DNA from: Oikopleura dioica
Taxonomy: Eukaryota > Animalia > Chordata
Direction: 5' to 3'
DNA length: 64,000 bases
NCBI GenBank assembly: GCA_907165135.1
Contig: OU015567.1
Coordinates: 372,001-436,000 of the forward strand
Made by a program: the position numbers and the translations under genes. The notes under the pieces are model-generated. The model had not been told where the DNA came from. It did no database searches and was given only the letters and a program-made list of their open reading frames with translations. Positions 46,043 through 58,795 of this stretch are shown piece by piece. Position 1 is the stretch's first letter; the number at the start of each line of letters is the position of its first letter.

Positions 46043-48669
46043 TCAGTAATCAAAAATTGCTTTACAAGGATGCGCAAACCATTTCTCCGTCCAAATATTC
46101 TTTTTGTTTTTGCATCGAACGACGAAATTTCCCGCCTCCGATCCATTTTCGCACTTGACCTTGCAGTTACTTCCAACATTGTTGCGCTTGCACTTCCATG
46201 TGTGAGCGCCATTGGGGGAGAAACTAGCCAGAATCGAATCTGCTGTACATTTTTTCGGAGAAAAGGAGCAACTCGGCGGTGATCCGGTAGTTTTCCAAAA
46301 AACGCTCCAGTTATTTTTGTTGTTTTTGCTGACGCAAGCGACTGTGTAGTTTTCTTTTTCTTTGCTTCCAACACATCTGACCTTGCATCTTCGTTTGCCA
46401 TTGGCGACTTTGTTACATCGCCAAAGGAAGGCCTCGCCCGAAGGCGACAGAGCATCGGGAATCGATGAGACCGCGCAAGTCGACTTGCACGGATTGTTGA
46501 CTGGATCTCTGCACTCACAAGAATAACTTGTCATATCATCACTATTAACACAGCGTTCATTGTCGTCACAATCGTGTGTTGCACATGGAGTCGGAAGTCC
46601 AGGCGAAACGTTTTCTCCGTTGATTTGGCATCTGAAAAACATGTCTGGATTTCCCTGCCAGGAAAAGCCAGGAGCGAGTTCGCCATTGTGACCAAAGCAA
46701 GTGTCGTCCAGCTCGGGACCGCTCCATGACCAGGTATTGTTGCAACCACCATACTCAGCACTTGCGCAGGCAGCCCACCCTTTGTCTGTTTCCCACTGCA
46801 TCGTGCTTAGAAATGGATGCCATCCGTTCGGACCAGGAGTGCACGAATAAACGTCTTTGCCATTGTAAAGTTCGCCAGTAGCGGGGCACAATGCTTCCAA
46901 TCCGCAGTAAGAAGCAAAAACAGCAGCGCAGCAACCAAGGTTAGTCTTTGACGCGTCACCGCAATCAGCGAGTCGGCCATCTTCGTCCTCTCCGTCGAGA
47001 CAGTCAGCATAGCCGTCGCATAGCCTGTGTTTGAACAACGGTCGGATAACGTCGACAACGTCCGGCTCTAGACACTTTGTAACTGGCTCGAAGGGATGTG
47101 TTTCTTGCTTATTTTCACAGTAGAGAGCGTATCCCTGCATCGCGTCAGTAGTTGTCGCTCGAGTGTGAGGCTGGTACGTTTCGCCATTGAGAAGAGTGAA
47201 TCCGAAGTACATCAAGGCTGAAGCAGGCTCAACTGGGTGGTTGGTATTTATCCACTCGTCCTCGTAGATTGCATTTGGACTGTCATAAAACTCGAAGTGA
47301 TCGTGGAAGTCGGGTCGATCTTGCTCGTGGAGAATGCCGATAGCGTGGAGAAACTCGTGAGCGACTCCTCCAAATTTCAAGCAGATGCTGGGAATTCGCA
47401 TTGCTTGCCAACCGGGGTGAATATCTGGCAGATCCCAGTAGCAGCCGCTGCAGACGCCGACGAACGACCAGCAACCAGCACCGTGAACGTTTTCTGAATC
47501 TTCCCCAGCGACGTGAATGCCGACCGAGTGAGAAAAAGTAGGATCGAAAACAAACTTGACGCACCCTAAGGAAAGGCTCAAGTCAGCAAGCTCATCGTGA
47601 ATCTGTTGCCACTGGTGGGAAGGCACGGTATCCTGAAGAGCATACGGAACGACAATATATCCGTCGTCATCCGTCTCGCTCCATTTCTCCGCCCAGTTCA
47701 CCACCCCTCGTGGTGCCGTTTTCGGGGCATTCTGGTCGATTTAAAGCTCGCTAGTGTCGTAGCCAAGGCTCGAAAGGGCCGGGACTTGCCATGGTTGAAT
47801 AACGAGATCAGCATATTTTCCTCTGCTGTGAGGTCCCCCTAAAGCGTCTGCAGGAATTTTCTCGGCCGATATCTAAAGAACATTGTTTCTCTCTAAATGA
47901 TAAAAATTTATTTCTAGAGTCTAGAGAAGTTATTAAACTGTGTTCTAGATTATTTTTGAAGAGATTTTATCGAGTTTTTTTTTTGCTAAAAACACTTTTC
48001 GATCGCTCAAGAAAAATTTTTTTATCATCAAACTTTTTTTTTACCTCAGATATAAATAGGCATAACGCACAAAAAATCGACTTTTTATCTGAAAGTCGTA
48101 GGAAGCTAATTTTCACCTATCATATAGAATTTTGCGCTCTGACAACATTTCAACAAAAAAAAATTTCAAAAATTTAAAATTTAGTACTTTTTTAGTACCC
48201 CAAAGTTGCCAAAAAATTGATTTTTCGTGCCATCCAAGCTACGGGGTTGTAAGTATGCTCATTCGAAAGAGCATAAAAAACTGAGTCAGATACATCGAAA
48301 AAAAGGGGTTCCTAGGGGGGTAAGTCAAATGAAACCCCAAATTTGGCTGATTTTAAGGGGTTTTTCATCCCTAGAATCCAGGGAACCCCACCAGGAACCC
48401 CTTTTTATTGATAATTCTGACTCAGTTTTTTCCGCTCTTTCGAATGAGCATACTTAGAATTCCGTAGCTTGGATTGCTCGAAAAGTAGTCAGTAAAGGGG
48501 TAAAAAAAAGTACTAAACTGTAACAAAAAATTTTTTCCAAAAAATTTTGAAAAGTCAGTTTTGGTGTTTTAGTTGCTCCCAAAGTTTCAAACTTGTATCT
48601 ATTACAGGGAAAAAGTTGATTTTTTTGTGCGTTATGCCTAGATATAAATGTAATCGCGAATAGCTTCAT
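46043..48669 (-). CDS. Astacin-family zinc metalloprotease with LDLa, EGF-like and two C-terminal Cys modules; exon 1 interrupted by a MITE
   Basis: HEFLHAIGILHEQDRPD; Met-turn SALMY; LCDGYADCLDGEDE. Reconstructed N-terminus MKLFAITFISE|ISAEKIP after removing 48058-48639 plus one TSD. Confidence 0.9.
48058..48639. mobile_element. 582-bp MITE with 10-bp TSD (Mutator-like) and long imperfect TIRs
   Basis: TSD agatataaat at 48048-48057 and 48640-48649; TIR aggcataacgcacaaaaaatc. Confidence 0.9.
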
Positions 48670-48944
48670 CTTGAATACTCTCTCTAACGCTTTGTGAGTT
48701 GTTTCAACAAAACTTCTTACACGCGATTTTATATCGCCTTGCGGCTCTAGAACCGTTCCGCATTGACCAGACGGTACGGTTCTTTAGGCGCCCCACTTTG
48801 ATCAGCTTTTTTATGTCAGCATTTTTATAAATTTATTTGGCTTGAGGTATCTTCAAAATTTAAATTGGAGGTTGATCCTTGGCCACAAAGAAAATTTTGC
48901 ACCGGTCGATTTTTTGAACCGGCCGGTAAAATTCGTGGTAAATC

Positions 48945-49160
48945 GCGGTTTTGCCCTTTATGACCCTAAAAAACCCCTAATATAGGTATCAATCGATTTC
49001 TTATGAAATTTCAAGTCGAATGGAATATGAACCGCGGTAAATTGCGATGAACCGGGCGGTTAAAATCGCGGTTTAGCCCTTTTTGACCCTAAAAAACCCC
49101 TAATATACAAATCAATCGACTTCTTAGAAAATTTCTAGTCGAATGGAATATGAGCCGTTG
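48945..49160 (+). repeat. Two-copy tandem repeat (~122-bp period)
   Basis: cgcggttt...gaccctaaaaaacccctaatata...aatcga...tcgaatggaatatga occurs twice. Confidence 0.85.
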
Positions 49161-50145
49161 GAATACTTTCTCGTGGAAAAAATCTTAACAACTGGATTTT
49201 TTCTGAGATACAATTAAAGTACTTTCACAGACTCTAGGAAATTGAGATAATTGCGAAATTTGGGCCGAACTTGGCTCAATTTTGCGGAATTCGGGCATTC
49301 AAAATCTCGACGGTATCTTTTCGTGTCATTTCCCGGGGAGTTTCGGACATCAAAATGACCGGCTTGACGAGTTCTTAATGATGGTATAGTAAGATCACGT
49401 GTACTGTCAGCGGCTTCCGGTGTTATTCTAGAAAAACCGGTTTTCCGACAAAAATTTTTTCAAAAATGAGGGATGAAAAATTTTTTTTGATCAATTTCTC
49501 GTGAAAAACTCTTTATTGGGGTCAGAACAAGTATATTACAAACAAAAAGCAAAATCGAAAGACCAACCCTGAAAGTGAGCCACCTCTCAGTAGAAATCTT
49601 TTTTCGGTGGCGTTACAATCATGATCAAATACTCTCTTCTTTAGTCTTAAAACGTGACCGGAGGAATCTCCATTATTCAAGGAATGCATTAAGGTTAAAA
49701 AAGAATAATTTCTGATTGAAAAATATTTTTATTAAAAATAGCCAGAGACCATGCTGAGAATGTTTGCAACAAAAGAGACGCTGCTGCAATATCCGTTAAA
49801 ATAAATTGCGCGAACATTAATTGTCGGAACACTAAACGTGATTTTCTGAACGTCAATTTTTGTTTTTGGTTGTTGTTAGCAACTCCTACCACAGGAAATA
49901 AGCAAATAAGAGTAATAATCGCTATCATATTCTTGTCGATAACCTGTTTGCAAGTCAAACATAATGATGGTACATCAGGGACCCTCTCAACGTACTCTTT
50001 GCAGATTTGAAATCTGTGAAGTGCATCAAAATGATAAGAGAACCGTCAGAAATATCAAGTATTGACACCTATACTGAAGTAAAAGACTCAAAATGTCGTC
50101 GTGCGGTAAAAAAATGTAGCCATCATATTATGATAGCAATTTTAG

Positions 50146-51880
50146 TTGAAAATAGGACTTATAACATTTTTGGTACTCGGAATACTTGCTGCGATAATTG
50201 TTCCTTGCGTCCTTTATCTTCCTACAAGAGGCAAACCATCAACCACGACAGAATTTCCAAATAATCCTGAATTCAATTATTCGAGATGTTTCGAAGAAAA
50301 ATTGAATGAAAACGTATGTTCTCTTTAAATTATTATTTATTCTCTTTTTAAAGTACCATTGTTTGGCTTCCTGTCCTCATGAAAAATATTGCTACGAAAG
50401 ATGCTATGATTATTTTTATGAAGGCGCGACTGTCTGTTCAGCGATGACAGGGGTTTGTTCCAGACACAAGCTGAGCTTTTAAAATTTGATTTAACGTTTT
50501 TAAAGACCAGTACTGTTACAAGTACTACTACATCAACAACAACAACAAAGTGGACATCGATACCAGTTCCTACTCCCCCAGGATCAAATAATTGGGTAAA
50601 AATAAAATCCAATATTTAAAATATCATATTTGATCTGTGACTTTCCAGGAGAACACACATATCCTTGGATTTTACGATCGCAATCATATGTTTCAATATG
50701 CAACTGTCATCGCCGGAGACGGGTCCTCATCGACAAGGGCAAAAATAAGCTACGGTGACGAAGATTATTTTTATTCTTGGGGAAAAGGGGCCATGGTAAA
50801 GGGCCAATTTTATTTTTTTCAAGAAGGATCGGTAAAGAAAACAAACGTATTCATAATGAATATTGTTCCAGATTCTTAGGCTCGATGGTTGCGACGTTTC
50901 AAAAACGAGTTCAAATTTATTGAATTATTTTGACTCTTATGATGGTGACGCACTTACGATCCATGATGGAAGCGACGGTAAAACTTATATATTATTGTTC
51001 TTAAAAGATTTTAAGCACTTATGTGCTTTCATTCTTACGATGCAAATCACAGAAATTGTGAAATTTTTGATGGGTCAAGTTCAACACAAACACATGCTGC
51101 AATTTTTTCACACTGCTATGGTTCGACATGATTAGTTATATCTAAATCTTAGATAATTATCTGCTAATTTATGGCGAGTTGATCCATGAATGAAGCAGAG
51201 GTTCACTCGGAATATATAAAGGACAACCCACAGCTTTTGGTTCGTATAAATTTTCAAGTTATGAGCCAGGTCACCAAATTGAGACTTTTTCAATCATTGA
51301 TGGATGGATTCAGCTACCTGAACATCCATGGTGAGTTTAGAATCTTCGGCAAAACCTTTAAATATTTAGGTATATTTTTGATAATTCTCTGGTTGGGCTT
51401 GATTCCGGTGCAATTATTACAATTGGAGGATCTTACTACACAGGCATTAAGTTGCTCATATTTTCTATCAATATTTTATGAATATTTTTTCGCTCTTATT
51501 CTGTTATCAGAATAAAGGAAAAGATGTAGCTTTTCGAAGGACCTCCGGACTGGACCATATCTCTTATGGATGATATTTGGATGCTTCAAGATGGAGATTG
51601 GTCAAAAATTGGTCAATTAGCGGTAAAATTAATTTTCAACATGTCAATAAAAATTAAGATCCGTCGATCGTCAATAATCTCGATTGGTGAATCAATTTAC
51701 ATTTATGCCGATGATTATTATTACAATGAGAACAATTATGGTAGCGTCATAAGATTGGACATGGATGGAGACGAGATCCTTAATTCTACAACTATTGCGG
51801 GTTACCCTGGAGGACAAGCCATCCTTACTCGGGCTACACCGAAATATTGCCATGACATTGATTATTATAATTACTATTAA
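50146..51880 (+). CDS. Membrane-anchored protein with a Cys motif, Thr-rich stalk and kelch-like beta-propeller
   Basis: TM GLITFLVLGILAAIIVPCVL; ILRLDGC; CEIFDGS; IWMLQDGDWSKIGQL; SIISIGESIYIY; IRLDM. Confidence 0.6.
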
Positions 51881-52238
51881 AATTTTCCATTTGAAAATTA
51901 GAGAAAAATAAATTTTTAGTTCCAAATTCTTTTTTTTTGCACGCAAAATCGAATCAGATCTGTAGACGAAAAATCGCCAAAGCTATTCAAAGTTGTTCGA
52001 ATCACATAAAAGAGTCACCGATTGCGAAAAAGATATCTGTTACTACAGTAGTAATTAGATTAAAACTGAGTATTTATATTCGGTCACATAAACCTGCAAA
52101 TTGGTGGAGGAGTCATTTGGCCCGGGGCAATGATGCGCTGCGTTGGAACCTTTCACGTCAAAAGTCGCGTTTATCAACTTAGCCGCTTTTGCGTTTTTCA
52201 CCGCCGAGAATAAAAAAACTACTACGAGACTACTAAAA

Positions 52239-52707
52239 ATGAGATTTTTTCTTCTTTTTGGACTTCTGTTTATCGCTGTTTTTGGACAAGTCGACGTCCA
52301 AAATGTGTAAGAAAAAAATTTCTGAGCTCTTTTTTGTTATTTTTTTCTAATAATTATCGTCATTTTAAAATTCTAGTGAAGACGCTCTCGAAGGAACCGA
52401 CCTTGTCAACAACGACGAAGTCTTAGAAGCTGACCCCTCCGACCTGGACGTCACGGAGCCAGAAACCGAAACTGAAACCGACGACAATTCCGCTTCGGAC
52501 GAAGAAGAAGCCGAACCTGAGCCAGAAAAAGAACCTGAAGCAGAACCAGAGGCCGAGGCGGAACCAGAAGCGGAGAAGGAACCCGTTCCAGAACCAGAAC
52601 ACTTCAGCGGAGGATCATTTGTCGGCGGAATCGTCTTTGCCATCGTCGTCATGGGACTGAGCATTGTCGGATATCGATACTGGCAATCGCAGCGAAACAT
52701 GCTTTAA
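52239..52707 (+). CDS. CD164/porimin (MGC-24)-family-like small type I membrane protein
   Basis: Two exons: signal MRFFLLFGLLFIAVFG, acidic EP-repeat ectodomain, HFSGGSFVGGIVFAIVVMGLSIVGYRYW...*. Confidence 0.7.
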
Positions 52708-52888
52708 AAATTCTTCTCGATCGAGATCGTAATATTTACTTTTTTCTTAATTTTATTTGAAGACCTGTTTTAGCCTCTGTTTTACCTTCTTCTTCTTTGC
52801 CATACTTAATCCTCATTACAAATCAACTTTGCTTTTTCAATAAACTCACAAATGAACTTCATCGTTAAAAATTTCAGCAGGATCCAAA

Positions 52889-53038
52889 ATGAGCGGTATT
52901 TGAGCGATAAGTGAGCGGAGCAAAAAGCAAACTCGAGAAGCCGCTTGCGGCTTTGAGCGCAGAATAAAAAAGCCGCGCAAAACGGCTTCTAGAGTTTCAC
53001 TTGTTGTTCCGCTCGCTCATCGCTCAAAAACCGCTCAT
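52889..53038. mobile_element. Small MITE with GAGCG-repeat TIRs
   Basis: atgagcggtatttgagcgataagtgagcggagcaa ... ttgttccgctcgctcatcgctcaaaaaccgctcat. Confidence 0.7.
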
Positions 53039-53909
53039 AGCTCGCTCATGGTCAGGTCAAAGTTTGTGACTTCGGCGGAACCATAAACAATGGGCCATTA
53101 TGCTGTAAATGACGGTACTTTCTGCAAAAGAAAACTCGTCGACAAAGTTGAAAAAGGCAAAATTAATTAACAAAAACGTCTCTTAGCCGCGAATCGAGAA
53201 TACTTAGTTTTAAGTTGAAGGAGGCTTTCTGGACGCTGATCTATCCTTCCATACTCCTGGCAGGTTGATCAGATATCTCGGCTCATCTGCATCGGGAAAA
53301 GACAGTAATGGAAGTAACCAATTCGAGCGAAACGAAATAGGGAAAGGAAATACTGTCATTTTCATTTGGAACGCAAGATGAAAAAAGCGCTAGTTCTTTT
53401 TCTCGTTTCCGCTGTTTTCTGTAGCTTCGGTGCTAGAAGAGGTGGAGACTGTTATTTTGCAAGAAAAAATAAAAGCAAAAAATTTTAGTGCAGAAAAGAG
53501 AAAGTTTGTTGAATCGAAAATGGGCTTCAATCTTGAGGTATTCTTTTTTTGATGGAAGAAATGCATTAAAGACTTTGTCAATAGTGAATTGCACGATAAC
53601 CTTGGGGAGATTAACCATTTTCATAAGTCACCCGAAGAAAAAATTCAAGTATCTCATTTCTCAAAAAGCGAGACTTTATAAAAATCATAGGTTCGCTCTA
53701 TCATTCAGCCAATTCAACATGAAACCAAAAATACTGTGTATGGAAATTCAATGAAGGTAAACTCATATTCTTGAGCGTTCATATATTTACAGTACGCTTT
53801 TCAACCGACTTTCTTCAACGATATTTCCTCGCGGGACCGGCAAGCTGTTCGTCCATTTATCTTTTCTTATGAAAAATAACAAATAAATAAATGAACGAAT
53901 CTTAACATA

Positions 53910-54164
53910 CGCCCGGTAACCTGCGAAGAAAACCTGAGTCGGAGTCCTAAAACGAAAAAATAGTCCTAGAAATAACGAAAAGCCTTGCGGCTTTTTTATG
54001 AATAAAGCCGCGAAGAGGCTTCGCCAAAGTTTTCAAATCAATTGAACTGGTAACTTTGGGAAAGCCGCTTCGCGGCTCTATTTTTGAAAAAGCCGCAGTA
54101 CAACTTTTCATCATAAGTCTTCTCGAACCCTGACTCAGGTTTCCAAGACAGGTTGCCGAGCTCC
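53910..54164. mobile_element. MITE family A
   Basis: ccggtaacctgcgaagaaaacctgagtcgg ... ccctgactcaggtttccaagacaggttgccgagctc; internal AGCCGC/GCGGCT palindromes. Confidence 0.85.
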
Positions 54165-55100
54165 GACCTGAACTTTCTGACTGAACTTTGGAACTGTAAT
54201 GGGGCCATCGGAAGCGTAACAAAATTTCTGTCCGTCTGTTAGTGACCTTGTTTGAATTGGAGTTTGCGCGGTGCCATTACGCAACGGGGCGATTATGAAG
54301 CTCGTGAATGTTATGATTACGTTCTTTAATTACGCTTATGCAACAAAAAAAGCACATAATTTTATTTTGCAAAAATTTATGTTCAGAAAAACAAAATATT
54401 TTTAATACTTAAAGTTTTTTAAGAAATAGAAGGATAAAACTGCTGATCTTTTAAGAGACAATCGATATAAGCAGATTTACTTGCTTTTTGGGTGTATTTT
54501 GCGAGTTGTTGTTTTTCCATTTTTACGATTGAAAAAGAGAACGAAGCTCAAAGCCGCTGTCGGAGAGATTCCAAGACAATTTGTCGGGCAGACAGAACTG
54601 AAAGAGCGCCTACGAATAGACCTTCTCTTCGGAGATAATAAAAAAGGTATGATTTTTAATGGGAAAGTGTAATTTCTCTAGAAACATTGGAGCGTTGAAA
54701 CTAAGAAATCAATATTTTTTATGGCGAGATCAGTTTTGGACTTTTTATCTGATAAGGTAGCGTTTTTCCAGGAATCCGTTTTTTGAGGTAAAAGAGAGAG
54801 AAATCTTTATTTTATAATTTTTTTTGAAAAAAAATACCTTGGCTAAAATTTGAAATATAATTTCGATATCCTCATGCTGATTTTCCCATTTATTATTGCA
54901 AGTTGCACCTAAAGATCAAGTTCTGGTCAGTCTGAAAACAATCGATTTCCCCAGGGGCTTCTCTCTCCCTCTTTCTCCCTGGCTATATTTTAAATTCGCT
55001 CTCAGGCAAATCGGTTCCATTTCTCTCTCGCTCAGAATTAGACTCTGAAAATGTGAGTATTCGAAAAAAAATGAGCATTTTAGCTCGAAAGAAGAAGAAA

Positions 55101-57935
55101 ATGAGCCCAAATTCTGAAGAGCAGGGTTTGCGATTCAGAGGACCATTCGGCGGAAGTGGGGATGAAAACGCAAATGGCAGTAGCTCCAGCAATAACAGTA
55201 GCGCAGCGAATTCGCCGAAAAAGACGGAATCAAAGAGAAAGAGATTCATAAGCGAAAGCGCTTATCAAAGATATGGGAGTAAGTCGAATAGATGTAAGTG
55301 GAAGAAATGTAAGAATATTACATTTTTTTGACCAAATCATTCACTGAAATTTTTCATAGAAAAAATTAAGGGCGTTACATCACAACTTCAACGCTGGATG
55401 GACTGATGCTGCTCCTCAATTCTATCGCAGTTTCGTTCGTTCTCGTCATTATGGGAATTCTACAGTGGTTCTTGAGCATAAGCGAGGCGAGTTTGGGAAA
55501 AACCGAATCACAGATTCTCCGAATAAGGTGACCCCCTGCCCTATTTCTTTTTTTCAAACTGCGTTTTAGGAGAGGAAGGGAGAAGTTCTACCGCCTCATT
55601 CCTACCCGTTTGATTTCGCGACTCTGGGGAGCAGTTCACGATATTCGACTTTTACACGCAGCAAGACCCTTTTTATTCTCAGGCAAGGGCTGTTCCCATA
55701 AATTATGGGCCATAATTCTTCGAAAAAAACAAGGAGATCGAACAAAAGTTACAGCCCCGAAAAAGCGTACTCAAAAATTTATGGCGTGCGGATTGATGAA
55801 GCAGCTGATCAGAACCTGTACAATTACCAAAATCTACAACAATTCTTTAGGCGAAAATTGCGTAAAGGGGTGCGGCCGATTTCACCCGCGAAAATGGTTT
55901 CGCCATGTGATGGCAAAATCATGATTCAAGGTATTTTGCGATTTACAATTAGTGAAATACTGAATTTGGGTGGAACTGATGTAATAAAAGGGGGGCTCAG
56001 CCAATCAGATGGCATCATTTATTGTTCGCACCAATAAGAAAGCCCGAAAGCCCAAACTAGAATCTGCCTATTGAAAATTCTCCGTTTAGGGCGCGTTTTC
56101 GACGGAATCATTTCGCAAGTAAAAGGAACAACTTTCACTCTCTCCCAATTCCTCGGCCCTTCCAACACCTCCAACGACCCTGCCGCTTACATCCACAAAG
56201 GCGACGATGCCGACAACAGAAGACGATACACAAGAGGCCTGCTCAAGAATCCAGACCAAAACCAAATGTACTACTCGGTCATTTACCTCGCTCCTGGAGA
56301 CTATCATCGCTTCCACTCGCCTGTCAACTGGAAGGTTCAAATTCAAGTTTTTAGCTCTTCTCGAAATCGATTTAGGTAAATTTGCGGCGACACTTTCCAG
56401 GCGAGCTTTATTCCGTCAACCCATCAATTACTTCTTGGTTCGACAATCTTTTCGTCCTCAACGAGCGAGTCTGCCTCATCGGAGAGTGGATGCACGGCTT
56501 TTTCAGGAGATGCTCAGAATATTCTTAAAAAATTGAGAAACCGAAAGCGGCTTTTTGAAGAAAAGCGGCTGAATATAGGAGTTGATGGTGGTTGTATTCT
56601 TGAGCAAATAAAAAAAGTTATACAGCTGTTGGAGCGACAATGGTGGGATCAATAAAAGTGAGTTACAGTAAGAATCATGGATTGTTAGGAAGGAGGAGAC
56701 TGTAGCTTTTCTTGTTCTTCAGCAGTAAAGTCGATGTCGACTGGTAGAGTGATCAGCTTTTCCATTACTTTTTCGAGGCTTTTTGCTTGATTTTTAAAGT
56801 AAGATTTTCTCCTAATTTGAAATTGAAAGCCTTTCATAAATTATTATCGATCTTTTCTTGAGTCAGCAATTCAATAATCTCAACCACGTGGGGATCAGTC
56901 GTAATTGTCGAGGTTTCGGGTACTTGGAGCGATTTCTTTTGAAACTCCCAAAATTCGCGGATTTTTTCTAGCCTCTCCAAGTTTTCGGCAAGTTTCTTTG
57001 CCGGTATTCTTCCATAGACAAATGTCTAGAGAAATATTATTCGTAAAAAGGCTCAGTTTAAATTATTACCTCTTTGCTTCGGAGAACTTCTTCAAAAACG
57101 CGAGTTTCCTCTTCTCTCGGCTTCTCTGGGCATTTTAAATCCAGCGTCGAAAACGCATTTTCTCCCATTTTTCGATAAACACTGAGCACTCTGATAACTG
57201 GACAAAATTGACCCGGGCGCTAGCCAATCAGAATCGCGCCTGATTTTGCCGAGGCGCAAAATGGCGCGCCGCGCGCTTGAATTTCTAGAATTGAATTTGC
57301 TCAGAGAAAAGAACGGCTTTTTCGCTGCAAAATTTCTTTCTTGGACATAACTTGGGCTCGGAAACCTGTGAAAAATACCTGAGTAAGGGCTTGCATTATC
57401 TTTTAAATTAACAAAAAGCTTTTAAAAATAACCATTCCGATCAATTTTTATTTCTGAATAGCCGCTTGCGGCTTTGTTAAGGCCCTGACACAGGTTTTCT
57501 ACGCAAGTTGCGGTGTCCCGATCAAAATTCTTGAGTTCAATTTGCTTATTTTCATTTATTTCAGCTACCATGGGATCCAGAACTGAAAACGAACCAGAAA
57601 TCCTTCGACAGAACAAAACCAGACTACAACGACCGCAATTGCTCGAAAGAATTCAAAAAGGGCGATGAAATCGGAGAATTCAATCTCGGAAGTACGATCG
57701 TTCTAGCGTTCGAAGCGCCCAGAGGACTCAATTTCAAATTTGATGATAATCAAGTCGTCCGTCTTGGGTGAGCTTTTCTTTCAAATTCCATCAAATTATC
57801 TCCTTTTTTAGGCAAACTTTCATCTCCAAAATGCTCCGAGTCCAGTCGATGCCTAATCTCCTCACCGTCACGAGCTCCTCAGTCGACTACGAAATGCCTT
57901 CATCCCTCACTCGTAACAAATCAGATCGTCACTAA
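55101..57935 (+). CDS. PISD: Phosphatidylserine decarboxylase proenzyme (mitochondrial type)
   Basis: [14 protein letters not shown]; [13 protein letters not shown]; VSPCDGKI; [14 protein letters not shown]; [14 protein letters not shown]; [10 protein letters not shown]; [16 protein letters not shown] (LGST cleavage site); start approximate. Confidence 0.95.
57353..57519. mobile_element. MITE family A, PISD intron
   Basis: tgggctcggaaacctgtgaaaaatacctgagtaaggg ... ccctgacacaggttttctacgcaagttg. Confidence 0.8.
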
Positions 57936-58149
57936 AATCGCTCCTTTGAATACCTTGCTCTTCTGTACGCTTTTGTTTGTTGATTCGCTCTGATTGTGAT
58001 TCTCCTTTTCTGCCTGTTCTGCTCTTCAAATTTCAAAAATGAAAAAAACTGATTCTGAAAGTTCAAAACTCGAGTTCAACTTTCAAGTTCAACTGTGAAA
58101 CCAAATAAAATCTCAATTTTACAATCATTCATTTTCTTTTCTTGAAGAA

Positions 58150-58613
58150 ATGTCGGCTTTATTCCCCGCGTCAGATTCTCTGCCCATCATTCAATACGTC
58201 ATCGAATCGGATCCAGACATTTTGACCACGAACGAAGTGATCAACGGCAGATCCAGTCCTGAAATTTGGCCAGAAGTCATCCCAGGTGAATTTGCCTGTA
58301 TTAAACCTTGCTCATTTCTTTCACAAGGGTCGAATCAATTCGCAGAAAACGTCGCAACAACCAACCAAGCAGGCAACGAGCTCGACCGTGAGCTAGAAAC
58401 GAACAAAGTGAAGAAACTCGCAGAGCTTCAACAACTTTCCGACCAAGAAATCCTCCACAAGATGAAGAAATTGAAGCAACGAGCGTACAGGTAGCCTTTT
58501 TACTAAACAAAGAAGACTGAAATAATTCTAGCATTGGTTTAACCGAAGCAAAAGAAGTCGAAAGAAGCAAAATGCTGAACATCTTTGGCGATTTCAAGCA
58601 CCAAATCAATTAA
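58150..58613 (+). CDS. LIN52: LIN-52 (MuvB/DREAM subunit)
   Basis: Spliced RSSPEIWPEVIPG...LAELQQLSDQEILHKMKKLKQRAYSIGLTEAKEVERSKMLNIF matches LIN52 RASPDLWPEQLPG...AYQLGLDESREMTRGKFLNI; two short in-phase introns. Confidence 0.9.
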
Positions 58614-58645
58614 TTGAGAAAAACTTTCTTACTTTTCTTCTGCCA

Positions 58646-58724
58646 GGGGCTTGGTAACTTGTGTAGAAAACCTGAGTCAGGGTCCTAAACGAGCTGACTC
58701 AGGTTTTACACAGTTTCCGAGCCC
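58646..58724. mobile_element. MITE family A (shortest copy), between LIN52 and MOCS3
   Basis: gggcttggtaacttgtgtagaaaacctgagtcaggg ... ctgactcaggttttacacagtttccgagccc. Confidence 0.85.
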
Positions 58725-58795
58725 GCATTCTGCCTGTAAATAAATTTCCACGTCGAAATATTTGAATCCCTAATTTTTGTTCATCGAAATTAAGA

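Noticed and set aside
49695-49958. Hydrophobic minus-strand ORF
   Set aside because: No supportable start or upstream exon and no family motif.
53056-53100. VKVCDFG kinase-like motif
   Set aside because: A stop follows after about 12 codons and no other kinase subdomains are recognisable nearby.
53378-53870. Small secreted gene starting MKKALVLFLVSAVFC
   Set aside because: Signal-like start and coding-like pieces, but exon joins are unresolved; too weak to annotate.
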